Assembly (NCBI RefSeq): GCF_001194135.2
Contig: NC_068990.1
Span: 9,608,094-9,671,340, forward strand
Direction of reading: 5' to 3'
Length of the DNA stretch: 63,247 nucleotides
Source: Octopus bimaculoides
Taxonomy: Eukaryota
Of this stretch, positions 1-13,444 are shown one piece after another (within the stretch, counting starts at the first letter, position 1; each line of letters opens with the position of its first letter). The notes beneath the pieces are model-generated. The model ran no database searches and was not told where the DNA came from. It saw nothing but the letters and a program-made list of their open reading frames with translations. The position numbers and the translations under genes were made by a program.

Positions 1-18
1 ACCACCACCACCACCACC

Positions 19-50
<32 letters not shown>

Positions 51-305
51 CAACAACAACAGCAGCAACTTGTCTCCCCTCCTGCTCCTCCTCCTCCTAT
101 CAAATGCTGTTGATGTGAAAGTCATCAATCTTAAACAATGTCGACAAAATATCCAGAGTAAACTCATTGGCGATTGAATGGGAAGGAGTGAATGTCATGT
201 GATTTAGTGGGCGCTGCCTTCCATGCACGGATCATAATTTTTATTCTGCCTCATTCTCCTCCTGCTCCATCTTGTTCCCCTTCCTCCTCCTCTTCTTCAT
301 AGTCT

Positions 306-369
<64 letters not shown>
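1..369. repeat. Trinucleotide microsatellite cluster (ACC)n/(AAC)n at 1-60 and (ACT)n at about 305-369
   Basis: Directly visible tandem repeats. Confidence 0.95.
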
Positions 370-1083
370 TGCATTCATATCATCATCATTGCTGCTATTT
401 GAATTTCAACTGAAAAACTAACAAAACCTAAGTTCTGGGAGTATCACGATTGGTTTCAAGGAATCGAATAGAAAAAGAAAATAGCAAAAAAAAGAAAACA
501 ATCAAACAAAAATACCGAATACCTAGAAAAAAATCATTCACCTGTAAAAATGTAATCCTTTATTTTTATGCACGAATACAAATAAATAAATTGTAAGCGC
601 CCGCACTACATTTTTATGTCCTCGCACTCTCGTTTCGTATTTTCTTCTGTCGTTTTTTGTCGAATTCTGTCACAATTTTTCTAATGAAGACAGGCGTAAA
701 TTCAAGCCGTCTTTCTGCTGCTACATATTGTCGTTAATCTTAACGATACTCTTCAATAGAGTGAAGTTACATATCACAGGCCTTTTATTAGGCACGAAGA
801 CCTTGCAAGGAGAAACGTTAATTCATTAATTAAAATTAGTTAATGAGTTAGTTAGCTATCGATAGTCAGCATGTAAAACGTATTTATCATGATGCTTTTG
901 TGGTTACGAAACATGATGTTACTCCCGAGGAAATATGCTCAAAAGAATTTTATCAATGACCAGTGAATCTTTGTCTTAAAATTCCCCAGATCTATATCAG
1001 TAAGCGTGCTGGTTTATGGTGATACAGTTAGACTTGGAGAACCTTTGAATGCTATTTTAAAATGTTTGACTGACAACGTAGAT

Positions 1084-1434
1084 CAGTGATTCCCAACGTA
1101 AGGTACACGTCCCTCCGTCGGAGCCTGGAAAAGTTGTAATGGGGTGTAAGGATCAAGTTTTTGCCTTCTTCGTTTAGAGGGATATAGAATTGTGAAAATC
1201 TTTGCACAGCAAATATAAAACACCTATACTCGGCCTAGCTAAATCAATCTCTCCAGCCAAACATACTGTGTGAAGATCGTTTGCAACTGTATAGCGCTAT
1301 TCTAATGTCCTTCAAAGAATGTATATAACTATGAAATATTTAAAATAATGCTTTATTTCTAACTACCAGGGGGGCATATATTTTTTGTGGGAAGTTATAG
1401 TGGGATCAACAGGAAAATAGGTTGGAAAACGGTG
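1084..1434. mobile_element. Degenerate hAT-type MITE
   Basis: Left end CAGTGATTCCCAAC and right end GTTGGAAAACGGTG form an imperfect TIR; flanks ACGTAGAT (1076-1083) and GCGTAGAC (1435-1442) fit a decayed 8-bp hAT TSD. Confidence 0.6.
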
Positions 1435-1690
1435 GCGTAGACGCTCTCACGTGACCTCGACGCCTGGAAGATTTAAGTGGTTTGGCGCTAACCTGAGATA
1501 TTAATAAAACATGATAATCATAAATGTTATTATATAGTTATTGTGTTAAAAATAAAATAGAAAAAGGAATATGAACGATATCCTATAAATTACAAACAAT
1601 ACAATAGAAATAAAGCTTTAAATGTTCTTAAGTATTCTCCATGATCGCTTTTATTCGAGAAGTTCTGAAGCTTCATTGACTTTTATGTTT

Positions 1691-1996
1691 TGAAGTAGTC
1701 GTATGCTGTCAACTTAATGTAATAGTTCCCTGAAGGGAATAATACTACTGTTGGTTAGATCTAGGAAGCTGCACCACTTCCTGTCACCGTTGACACATTT
1801 CCTGTGTCCTTCTGTTTACAAGGTGGAGACAAGCACCTCCACCCAGCTAAGCCTGCATCTCCCCCTTGTAAACGTAAGGACAAAGGAAATGTGTCAAAGC
1901 CGGCAGGAAGTGGTGCAGCTTCCTAGGTCTAACCAACAGTAGTATTATTCCCTTCAGGGGACTGTCGCATTAAGTTGACAGCATACAACTACTTCA
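1691..1996. repeat. Long inverted repeat / foldback element, arms about 139 bp, about 90% identical, spacer about 28 nt
   Basis: 1691-1829 is the reverse complement of 1858-1996, e.g. CTAGGAAGCTGCACCACTTCCTG versus CAGGAAGTGGTGCAGCTTCCTAG. Confidence 0.95.
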
Positions 1997-2114
1997 TTGT
2001 ATCACTACTGCATAAATATCCCCGAGAGATTTAGAAATGTATTATTTTATGTTTTGAACAAACATTTTAAAGATTTGAAAATGTTAATACACACACTTGC
2101 ACGCAGACACAAGC

Positions 2115-2232
2115 ACATACACAAATACACACACAAATACACACACAAATACACACACAAATACACACACAAATTCACACACAAATACACACACAAATTC
2201 ACACACAAATACACACACAAATTCACACAAAC
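2115..2232. repeat. Decamer tandem repeat (ACACACAAAT/TCACACAAAT)n
   Basis: About 11 consecutive 10-nt units; explains the HKYT and VYLC ORFs. Confidence 0.95.
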
Positions 2233-3588
2233 ACGCATATAATATTTTTCTACATAGCAGCTACTAAGTTCGCCAGTAGTGGTCTTGTCAGTCGTCGAGG
2301 CGTTTTACTGACGTAACTTCGAAGTTACTGTCAACGAAATTGGTTAAAACATTTGTCATTATACGTGCTTTGAGCACATTCTTTTGATTTTATTTTTATA
2401 AATCACTCTTTGTCTATGCATGTGTGTATATACACACACTCTCATTCACTCAAGCGTACATACGCTCGCGCACACACACACACAGGCGTATATACATTTA
2501 AGCATATCACGTACATGTGAGAGAGAAAGAGTGAAAGAGTGTATAAGTGTCAGACAAAGGTTAAGATATGTTATATTTAATGTCTCAGCATAAATGGCAA
2601 TTCAATTATCGGTGCTGCTAGCGCAAATATACATAAAATATGAAACCTTTATCATGCATTTTGCCATGTGATACATGAAAATATATACTATTAAGAAAAA
2701 GTTCTTCATGACACGAAAACTTAATTTAATATATTCGATACCCATTGACTCGCATGCAACTCTGAAATGTGTGGTTATTAGTTATGTAACATGACGTACA
2801 AAATAAGATTTCACCGTTTGATGTTAATGCTAGATAGGAAAAAATATAGAAAAACGAAAATAATTAAATGTGAGCACTCTAATTTATTAGGTTTTCGAAA
2901 ATATATTATCAAGATGCAGAATATTGTATTTTTGTATTAAAAAAAAAGCACAAGTTATCTCTTTTGCATTGCCATATTTATACTCTCTATATTTCAGGCA
3001 TTTCATTATATATTCAGTACATAATTTTTGCTTTCCTTTTCGCTTGTACTTAAGTATGAAGACATTATTAATAATATTCTCTATACAGTAAAGCGCTCTA
3101 ATCACCAAAGTCCTTATACGCTGAAATATGCAAAAATACTATCATGATATAGCTATTATATATTTGCTATTCACTTCAAAAATTATACCTGGCATGTATC
3201 TTACAGGTTACGAAATATTCCATCAAAAATTTGCGATAGAAAGTCTTCTTTATAGATAATGACAACTAGAGCGAACAAAATGAATTATAAATTCACTTTT
3301 CTGACGAGACATTTTCTTCCCAAATCCAAATGAAGCTCCCTCAAACTTTTGAAAAAGGAAGCGTCTACATGGTAGTTGAAGTATAAATTAAATCAAATTC
3401 ATAAATATTTAACATCAAATTTATTTGCATTCTGAACCAATAGCAACACCAGCACCAACAGATTTACACATTCAGCTAGAGCTAAAATTATGGATAAAAT
3501 TATCCACCATATATTCCTCTCAAACGTTATTGTTATCACGTAATATTTTGACTGGAAACTACTGATGGTTCTTATAGTTTCTCGTGGA

Positions 3589-3884
3589 ATAAGAGAGAGA
3601 GAGAGAAAGAGGGAGAGAGAGAGAGAACGAGGGAGAGAGAGAGAGAGAGAGAGAGGGGAGAGAGAAAGGGAGAGAGAGAGGGAGAGAGAGAGATTACTCT
3701 GAGATGATTAAATTTTTGTATATTCGAAGGTTTGAACCATGGTGATAGGATAAAATTCCCAGTACTACCAAGTATAAACAGAAATTTAGGAAGGAAAGAT
3801 TCACCCCACCGCCACGCACACACACACACACACACATATATATATACTAACACACGCATGCACATATACATACACACACAAATT

Positions 3885-3931
<47 letters not shown>

Positions 3932-4095
3932 CATACACACACATATACATACACACACATGTATACATATATACAGGTAATGGGGACACCATCCCGTTAC
4001 CTAAAATATACTTAATATAACATGGGCACAAGAAAGCTTTAGAAATATACTCCAGCTTATACATACATACATACATACATACATACATACACATA
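3589..4095. repeat. Compound microsatellites (GA)n, (CA)n, (TA)n, (ACAT)n
   Basis: Directly visible. Confidence 0.95.
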
Positions 4096-4559
4096 CTGGA
4101 TACAATTCTGGTCCATAGTAAATTAATAATTGATATACGCAAGAAATTTTAAATGATTTAAACGATGTCTAATTATGGAGAAATATATCTAAAAATCTGT
4201 TGACAATTTGTAGCATCTCTCAAAGAAAATGAATTTTAAGAAGTTTAGACCTCATTTCAGAGAAAAGTATTTTCATACTCGAAGAGAAATACCAGATGCA
4301 TTTTAGCAGGCAATGTGACACTGTCCAGCACCTCGCCATCTATCATAATTATATAAATCCACGTCATTGGTTCAAGAGTATTTACTGTTAAATCGAGTAG
4401 AATTAAATTATTTTATCTATGAACATTATGTCTCGATTTATTTTCAAGTTTAAAATTTCTAGTACATTTTCAATGAATTCCTCCTATTTTCAGTTTTTAA
4501 TACTTGATCAATGTTGAAAAACCTCAAATGTCCTCGCGAGCCATAACCACATAAAGTCG

Positions 4560-4775
4560 GTTTCCCTTATTCTGCATCGTATACATTTCCCTCCTTGGAT
4601 AAGATGCCGTCCCGTCACAACATTACTCATTTTTCCCAGCTGTGTTGATTGGAGCAACATGAAATTAGATATTTTGGTCGAGAACACAACGCAACGTCCG
4701 AATCAGGAGTCAAAACCACATTCTTACGATCATAAGTGTAACACATTAAGCACTACGCCACAGCCCACACGCCTC
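4560..4775 (-). mobile_element. tRNA-derived SINE (family C in my labelling), degenerate
   Basis: Reverse complement has a tRNA-like head (GGCGTAGTGCTTA...GTGGTTTTGACTCC) followed by a TTGTGTTCTCGACCAAAATATC body related to 14420-14540 and the head of 40065. Confidence 0.7.
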
Positions 4776-5290
4776 CAAGTTAGCGTTTCAAAAGAGGTAC
4801 TTTTGGCTGTGATAGCCAGCAGAATGAGCGACCACGGATGTATTTTCCCATTGTCTTGTAAGGATGATACTCAGTACCTGTTGTGCTACACATTTCTATA
4901 TATGTTTGTCAATATATTGTTATATAAGGAAACTCTATTTCATCGTGACTGAATGTTAGATAAATAAGCAGCGATTTATTTATGAATCATTGACAGAATT
5001 CTTCGTTTTTATGCTAATGTAATGTAATCGGTTGGTGTTTATGTATTCGTAGCAGATTGTAGTGGCTACTATGTCCCCATTGTAATATTATAGTCTCAAT
5101 TTCTAAGGTGCTTTCTGTAAGTTGCTGTTTGCCTTGCGATGAAAAGATCATTCCTTGCCAAATGTAACTTAAGTTATGTTTACTCTTTCACACCAGTCAT
5201 GAAGGACATGACAGATTCATGTATGCTCTTTCTTCATTTGACTAAGGCATAAATAAGAATAGTCTGTATTATTAACATGCGTTATAAAAC

Positions 5291-5685
5291 GGTGAGTTGG
5301 CAGAATCGTTAGCATGCCGGGCAGAATAGGCAGAAGCATTTCGTCCGTCTTTAATTTCTGGGTTAAAAATCCGACAAGGCCGACATTGTCTATTATCCTT
5401 TCGGGCTCTCTAAAATAACTGCCAGTTGTGCGCTGCAGTCATTGTAATCGATTTACGTACCCCAAAATTGCTGACATTGTGCCAAAATTTGAAACCAATA
5501 TGCGATATAAGGCAGCTAGGTGGCAGGACGGTTACCACGCCGGGCTAAATGTTTATCGGAATTTCGTCCGTGTTTAAGTTCAAATTCGGCTTTGCATTTC
5601 ATTCTTCGAGTACTAGGGATCGGTGTAATTAACTTCTCTGTCCCCTCTAAAACTGCTGGCTCAGTGCCAAATTTTGACACCTTAT
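5291..5685 (+). mobile_element. Two tandem degenerate SINE family A copies
   Basis: GGTGAGTTGGCAGAATCGTTAGCA head and GTGCCAAAATTTGAAACC tail; second copy from about 5508; homologous to 23172, 24323 and 41596. Confidence 0.75.
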
Positions 5686-7014
5686 ACGATATTATGCAAC
5701 CAGACATTGTATACATCTGGCTCTGTAGAGTAGAATCTAGCAGATCCTCTTACTAACACACCCTTGTTATCTTTATACTTTAAGGTTTGCATATATTTGG
5801 ATAAAGCTGTTAAACTTTGATCATGTTGATTGTAGAGCATACTGCTAACGACTTTAAACGACAGTTACATCAATCTAATCGTAACACTCACTTCTATAAA
5901 TCATGGAGAAGTAATTAAAATGCCATTATCAGCAACTTCCTCCTTCCGCACGACCGGAACAGAATAGATTTATTTAAATATATTTTAATACCTTTAAAAG
6001 GAACGTAACAGAAACAAACCTTGGATGTTAATAAGATCACTCAAATCTTGTTCCGGTGGAAGTTCTAGCTATATACAACCTGTATTCCTTTGTGAGTAAA
6101 CTAATATATAACGCATTATTTTATAGGTTCAGCGGGATAGGACATAATTTCTCATATACATTTAACACACTCTTAAAGCTGGAGATCTGATCCTAACTAA
6201 TAAATTACTCTCTCGATAAATCTCACCTGCTTTAACAGTGCTGAAAACTTACACTCAACGTGAACATTAATGCGTTAAGAAACGTGTTGAATAGAATATA
6301 CAGGCAAACTGTGTTTTATATTCGCAGAGTAGCTTACATTTAATATTAAGCGTGAGAAACCATAGTGCTCACAGTATGTTATCGATAATTTATTTGTACT
6401 TATAACTTAATTTCAAACATTGGTCAAGTTAGAACCAATAAGGTGTCGTGACTGAATACTTCTTAACGATCATATTACACTAATATATTTGTTTCCCTTA
6501 TATACTGCTACACTCTGGGTCATCTTGCGAAGGATATCATAGTGCAGGTTAAGTGAAGGAGAGCAAACAACGGATATGAAAGTTATGTGTATACGACAAC
6601 CTGTACGCTGCAGGAATATCTACCAATTTTGGGATTTTGTTAGCATCAACCAGGCTTCAATCAGCAGCGTACCCATTGCGTTCAGATTTCACGGTTTATA
6701 CTATGATATTGGCCACTCATTCATATGCGATATCAGGAATCTATTTGACAAGAAAGTTTTGTCGATCAGTCGAAAGGTTGTTCCACATCAGTATTTTCGA
6801 CAGGATTATGATCGAATCTATATTTCTCTCTCGAATGTCTGGACACAATTTCTGAAGAGGAAATAAGAACAAGGATGCGTTCTTCGGGCTTTCTAGTAGA
6901 GAGCATACGGTTCTAGGAGTCATGAAATTTATCTTAACTAGCAAATATCTTGTTTTGCTGAATTATAGAGGAACGTACTTTCACCTGTTTATATTTCAGT
7001 TTATCAGTAAAAAG

Positions 7015-7265
7015 ACAGCCCGATCAATAAGAATCCGGACTGTTGCCATAGTAGCAAAGGTAAAGTATGCAGAGTAAAGACGCTTGGCACAGATTAATCG
7101 TGAACTTTGCTGTGGATGCGCATTAAGTTTTCACGTTCTAGCTCAATTCTCAGTGTTTGGAAGTAACCTGTGTAACATGTGTCTGTCACTTTGATAACGA
7201 CAGAAAAAGCTGAGCAGAGAATCTGCATCAAATTTTGCTAAAAGCTTGGCGATACCTGCTCAGAT
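7015..7265 (+). mobile_element. Mariner 5' end fragment (TIR plus transposase N-terminus)
   Basis: TIR-like GATCAATAAGAATCCGGACTG; translation TEKAEQRICIKFC*KLGDTCS resembles the mariner N-terminal helix. Confidence 0.75.
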
Positions 7266-7289
7266 GGCTAGGCAAAGTTTTCAAATTTT

Positions 7290-7800
7290 TTCATAGTTCT
7301 TGACACAGTGAAGGAGCTCTTGTACAACCGAAACCCAAGTTTCCACTTTGGTCAGCTGAAAGCAGTTTCGGCACAGACTTGACAATGATAATGGACTGAA
7401 CTGAACCATAACTAATCTGCACATTCTCTGATAACTCATGGATGGTGATTCGACGATTTCCCCTCACAGCTGCATGCACATCTGCGATGTTTTTCCCAGT
7501 TATGTTTGTTGCAGGTCTTCCAGAGCGTAAGTCAATATCGACATTTCATCGGCCATCTTCGAAACATTTGAGCCACTCGTACACTTATGTGCGGCTCATA
7601 AACTCCTCTTCATAACTTTCTACAACTTTGCATAGGCCTCTGAGCAGGTATCGCATTGACAACTTTCTCTGTCATGGTCAACGCGACGATCACACGTTAC
7701 ACACGTTACTTCGAAACACTGCTGTTAGAAGCAAAAGCGAGCTAGACTGTTAAGTCTTAGTGCACATGCCCAGCAGAAGTCAGGTTAATCTGTAAAAAGC
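7290..7800 (-). mobile_element. Mariner 5' fragment inverted relative to 7015-7265
   Basis: Minus strand reads DTCSEAYAKL...VYEWLKCFEDGR*NVDIDLRSGRPAT...VHAAVRGNRRITIHELSENVQISYGSVQSII..KSVPKLLSADQ, matching mariner HTH and WVPxxL-like motifs. Confidence 0.85.
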
Positions 7801-8889
7801 CATTCCTAGTTTTTGTAGACATTTGGCTCCAGAGATTTTTAATTTCTGCGCATACAAATTAATTAATATACTATAACATATAGTATATTAATTAATGTCA
7901 AATTAATTACTTATTAATAACATTTCAAAAACATTAAACAATTTTGAACTCGAATCACATTAGAAGGTAAGATTTATATTGACAACGGTGAGATTTGTAA
8001 AACGCTTAAGTAAACACTGTAAATCAATGTATCTCGGCGCATTAATAAGTAAACCACTTCGACTATTTCTCTTGATTACTATAATGAAATTATGAATTGA
8101 AATTAGAAACAGGATTTTGAATTACAATGTATTAATTGCATGAACTTAATCGGAGTTGTTATAATTAATTATTTGAACACAGCATTATCATCACATCACA
8201 TTTTATTACATGACATCATTAGTGTTATTGAAATTAAATGTTATTCCATTATCATGTTATATATCACAGCTAAATGGTGTTGGCAATATATAATGTGTGA
8301 AAAACTTAGAACTGTAGAAAAGGCACCAGCGAGGCAAATGCATAGATGTCGCTTGTGTTCTGGAAACTCCAAAAATGTCATTTTCATTCTTACTTGTTTT
8401 GGAAGTGAACAAAACCTCATCATTCTAACATGTGATGACACAAATTGTTTACATAAAAATGAAATTAATATTCAGGGCGTTCAGAAAGAACATAAGATTT
8501 AGGAAATCAGGTTTGCAATATTATTTTGATCCTAGAGGGAAAAGTTTTCTTGTCAACTGAGAAAGATTTTGCTTTTGAAAATTCACATGATCTACATTCC
8601 TTCTATACATTTTCGATTTACGCACAGGAAGTGAAAATCGTCAATTGACTTTGCCGATCGTTCTAATCGCATGAACTAAATGTAAAATAGATTTAGAATA
8701 AAGAAAACCATGTTTTATTTTTTTTAAATAATCCACTTTTCACTTTGTTTTCAATAACATTCAAATGTAAATAGTAAATGGCTCTTCACTAACTATCCAT
8801 ACTGGTCCATAATGTAACGATGAACAAATGGCCAACATCACTGACACCTCTTCTCTATTTTTGTATTTCATTGACCCAATTACAGAAGC

Positions 8890-9022
8890 AACTAGAAAAC
8901 CACCCGGAGAGCGTAGACCACTGCCAAGCAGCTCATTTCTACCCATATACACGCATGCTGAAAACCGCCCAATTTCCCAAACCAACGCCGGCAAAAGCAT
9001 AACCACCTTGGCGGGGGTAAAA
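8890..9022 (-). mobile_element. Short Helentron-associated (HINE/DINE-like) non-autonomous element
   Basis: Minus strand starts TTTTACCCCCGCCAAGGTGGTTATGCTTTT and ends GGCAGTGGTCTACGCTCTCCGGGTGGTTTTCTAGTT, the sub-terminal IR and 3' hairpin layout of HINEs. Confidence 0.65.
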
Positions 9023-9344
9023 AAGAATAACACAGCCATATGATTTTAAGAACCCCCCCCCCTTTAAAAACAGGAATCATCTGAAGCAGTTCACAACCAC
9101 CAACATCATCAGCAGCATTGTCATTGCTTCCACTTCAACCACATACAGTCACTTTCACCACAACAACCAGTATAACCACTGCAATACCACTATCACACAA
9201 CTAACACTATCATCAGCACCACTATTACCACCATCACCTCAGCATCACAAATCACACCGCTCCTGTCGCCATTATAACCACCGATACTATTTCATCCTCT
9301 ACTATCGTCATCATCAACAATGTCTCTAAGCAGCAACGCCACCA

Positions 9345-9631
9345 TAGTTTACGCGGAAACGATGTGTTTTCAAGGGAGATAATCAAAGAACATAACATTG
9401 TAATACTTCATGTAAAGTAAATATAACAAATGAAAAATCCTTCAAGAATCCATAAAAATTCCCGGAGTACTACCGAAATTCCATCATCTGTTCCTTTTGT
9501 CATTACCAACATTCTCTGCAAGTTTCACCAAGTACCGTTTAGAACTTTTTGAGGTAATTTGCACACAGCCGGACAGACGGATAAGCCAACGCCAATGTAA
9601 ACATAAACTCCTTCCTTGGCTGGGGTAATAA
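9345..9631 (-). mobile_element. Second HINE-like element
   Basis: Minus strand starts ATTATTACCCCAGCCAAGGAAGGAGTTTATGT, followed by CCGTCTGTCCGGCTGTGTG microsatellite-like core and AAACTTGCAGAGAATG. Confidence 0.55.
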
Positions 9632-10309
9632 TGTAAGTGTAGGTGTGCTCAGTCCCAACTAAACCTACTTTTCTGACACAGTATATTATTAAAAGTTTCA
9701 AGCAAGATGTTCATAAAACACATACGAAAAGAGATGTCATGTTAAAAGTAAATCCCGACGATGGGGAAAAAGACACGTGTTCATAAAAGAAAAATAAATT
9801 GCAGGAAACACAAATAACCCAAACGTGAGAAATTATACAGCATAGAGTTCAACAGAATCTTCTGCACAAAACTAATTCAAGAAAATGTTAAAAAATGGAC
9901 TCATGAGGAAAATTTAATAGATGCAAAGTGGCAAGGTGGAAAAATAGACCACGCCGATTTGGAAATAATTCAAAAATTACCAAAAAAAAAAAAAATGAGT
10001 ATGTATCACTGCTGTGATCAACAAAATTACTTTTCATGGGTTTAATTATATGATAAAATTTGAAAAAAAAAAAACAATAAAAAATGCAAAGACTTGATGA
10101 AAAATAGACATAACTATCATTGTTGTTATTCAGTAGTTAGAAAGGATACTCTTGAATATCTAGAATATCTACTGTCTGACAAATATCAAAACACTAGAAA
10201 ACAATATCGGAAAAGTTATACAGAAAAAAAAGATATAAAATAAGAAAGAGAAATAAAAACACATCTCAATCTCGGATATGGGCCTCGATTTCTTGGGAGC
10301 GAATCTGCG

Positions 10310-10650
10310 AATCGACTTTGCCTTTCTTCCTTTCGGGGTCGATGAATTAAGTACCAGTCACATACTGGGGTCGATGTGATCGACTTAATCCCGTTGCCTG
10401 TCCTTATGTGTCCCCTCTATGTTGAGTCCCTTGTGGGCAATAAAGAAATAAGCACTCCGGGAAAAATGCTTAGGGGTATTTCGTCCGTCTTCCGTCTTGT
10501 TGTTTTGAGTACAAATTCTGCCGAGGTATACTCTACCTTTCATCCTTTCGCTGTCGATAACTTAAGTACCAGTGAAACACTGCGGTCGTTGTTATCGATT
10601 AGCCCCCTCCCACCAAATTGCAAGCATCGTGCTTATACTAGAAAAGATTA
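10310..10650 (+). mobile_element. Two tandem SINE family A fragments
   Basis: TCGACTTTGCCTTTC..CCTTTCGGGGTCGAT..AAGTACCAG..ACTGGGGTCGATG occurs twice, with alternative tails GGCAATAAAGAAATAAG and TAGAAAAGATTAT. Confidence 0.85.
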
Positions 10651-10775
10651 TGATTCTTGCTGTTGTTGCTTTTCTTGTATTAATCGTATTAATTATCATT
10701 AATACAATTGCTGTTATTAATTATCTTGTTTTTCATTGTTGATTATAACAATAAGATTTCTCTTTGTGTAATCAG

Positions 10776-10811
10776 GAATACATTTGCAAAATATGTTTCA
10801 GCTTTAACAAA
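10776..10811 (+). CDS. Candidate 36-nt exon
   Basis: TTTCTCTTTGTGTAATCAG acceptor and GTGAGT donor; open as EYICKICFSFNK (phase 0) or NTFAKYVSALT (phase 2). Could be chance. Confidence 0.2.
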
Positions 10812-12524
10812 GTGAGTAAAATCATTATAATAATTAGAATCAGACAAATATCGGGTTCGATTTAATCAACTTTTGCCTCGTCTCAAAAAACCGTTGGTCT
10901 TGTGCCAAAATTTGAAAGAATTATCATAATTACTATTAATATTTCTCCATTTATATAATAATGATAATGACTGTAGTTGTGCTGGTTGTACTGCTGCTGC
11001 TGTGATGATGCCGGTAATGATAATGAGGGGGGGGGGAACAGAATGAACATTATTCCAATGACAATATCGTAATGGCGTAGCGTTGAATAGATCAATTTGT
11101 TGCCCAGTATATCTCGTTGGTTGTAGAAAGTGAATTTGTATTGGTGATTTATAATGTTTATGATATCAGTCTCTGGTGAAGTCTTCGATTGAAACATTTC
11201 AAGATTTATTGCTGTTTACGCGATTTAATTTTGGGATGTTATTTGCTTTATTTCCTCAGGAATCATCTCATAATTTTGTTTGTTGAGTAAACACTAAACA
11301 CACACAAACACACACACATGCACACACAAAAACACGCATATGCGTATATATATGTGTATGTATATATGTATATATATATGTATTTATGTATATATGTATA
11401 CACATACGTGTGTATGTTTGTGGCTGTGTGTAATTACACTTTTACCTATATAAATCCATATATCTATATATGTATAAGCATATATGCATGAGTGTATATA
11501 TATATATATATATATATACATATATATGAATATTTGTATGCATTTATGTATACGAATATATATATNNNNNNNNNNNNNNNNNNNNNNNNNNNNNNNNNNN
11601 NNNNNNNNNNNNNNNNNNNNNNNNNNNNNNNNNNNNNNNNNNNNNNNNNNNNNNNNNNNNNNNNNNNNNNNNNNNNNNNNNNNNNNNNNNNNNNNNNNNN
11701 NNNNNNNNNNNNNNNNNNNNNNNNNNNNNNNNNNNNNNNNNNNNNNNNNNNNNNNNNNNNNNNNNNNNNNNNNNNNNNNNNNNNNNNNNNNNNNNNNNNN
11801 NNNNNNNNNNNNNNNNNNNNNNNNNNNNNNNNNNNNNNNNNNNNNATATATATATATATATATATACATATATATGAACATTTATGTTATATAACATATA
11901 AGCACAACGAAAATGAAGATGCACTTGATAGTAAAATCAAGCTACATAGCGAAATAATTACACAGTATATTCTGTGACTTTCCCGTCCGATATCATGTTT
12001 CTAATAGGGATATAATTATAAAAAACAGATGAATATTTGACGCCTTCATCGCTGAAACTGCCAAGACAACCGTATGATGATATTGTTTCGTAGTTTGGAA
12101 ACTGGTTATATACCGAAACTATCAAATCATCACAAATACAAGTAGAATTAATTTCCTTTGTAGATTATTTTCCAAAAATGGAATGTTCAGAAAAGTGCTA
12201 TTATATTAAGCATTCAAATAAATTAGGCGGTGATCATGAGAGCATTGAAAAATTCTTTACGTACCTACTGCGGCTAACTTTATCTTTCATCTTCTCGGGG
12301 TCAATAACATTCAGTGTCAGCGAAGCACTGGGGTGGATGGTATTGAGTAAACAGCTTCTGTTAATGTTGCTGCCCTTGTGCCTAAATGAGAAACCATTGT
12401 TATGGTCCTTATCTTTTATCTTCTACTTGCTTCAGTCAGTAGTCTGTGCCATGCTAGAGCACTGAGTTGCAGAATTTTGGTCAAACGAATCGATGGCATT
12501 ACTGTTTTTTTGTTATATTAATCA

Positions 12525-12630
12525 CGGTACTTATCCCAGCGCTAACGTCTTTCCGAACCGTTAAGGTCAACACACAAACACCGGCTGTCAAGTGGCGGTA
12601 GGGGACTACGACAGAGGCATTAACATACAC
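12525..12630 (-). mobile_element. SINE family B 3' fragment
   Basis: GTACTTAT..CCGAACCGTTAAG..ACACCGGCTGTCAAG homologous to 45620-45700 and 59770-59850. Confidence 0.6.
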
Positions 12631-12631
12631 A

Positions 12632-12685
<54 letters not shown>

Positions 12686-13444
12686 GCACAAGTATTCTAT
12701 AATTATAAACATAATTATAATTAGGGGTCAGCTAATTGCTTCAACAAGCACCGAATAGGAGTTGAAATCCCTTTTCTGCTACTGTAAAGATCTCCACCAG
12801 AGAGTAACACGCTTTTTTTTTTACGTGGGCAAAAAGAGAGAAAAAAAACGAATCCACACGACTCAGATTAGCTACATACGCGTTTCGGGATTAAAGTCAA
12901 ATTATATTTACTTATTTCACCTCTTCAGTGCAGCATTTCAAATATAAATTTGAGAGTGCTAGGATTAAACATGTGCGTGATCGAGCGCCATCGCATAACT
13001 GATATCCAACCAACACTTCCAAAAGTATACAGCCGAATGTGAACACATATTTATCCTTAATACCCACGAAAAGGTCATTTTAACGTACCGATCTACTTGG
13101 TGAAATTATTAATTATTAATTAATTAATTAATTGCTTACTTAATTTATTAATTTTACCCATTTATTATTATTAATATNNNNNNNNNNNNNNNNNNNNNNN
13201 NNNNNNNNNNNNNNNNNNNNNNNNNNNNNNNNNNNNNNNNNNNNNNNNNNNNNNNNNNNNNNNNNNNNNNNNNNNNNNNNNNNNNNNNNNNNNNNNNNNN
13301 NNNNNNNNNNNNNNNNNNNNNNNNNNNNNNNNNNNNNNNNNNNNNNNNNNNNNNNNNNNNNNNNNNNNNNNNNNNNNNNNNNNNNNNNNNNNNNNNNNNN
13401 NNNNNNNNNNNNNNNNNNNNNNNNNNNNNNNNNNNNATATATAT

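Noticed and set aside
2313-2328. 16-bp perfect palindrome GTAACTTCGAAGTTAC
   Set aside because: Single, short and without context; not enough to call a regulatory site or terminator.
6600-6857. Minus-strand acceptor CTTGTTCTTATTTCCTCTTCAG followed by complex sequence and overlapping ORFs
   Set aside because: Each frame closes within about 37 codons, with no donor or recognisable motif.
8394-8532. Minus-strand segment with strong acceptor (TTTTCCCTCTAG) and GTAAGA donor
   Set aside because: All three frames contain stops; it could be a non-coding exon but nothing supports it.
9841-9998. 52-codon open frame (..KKWTHEENLIDAKWQGGKIDHADLEIIQKL..) before GTATGT
   Set aside because: Weak acceptor, a 14-A run inside, and no phase-compatible neighbour.
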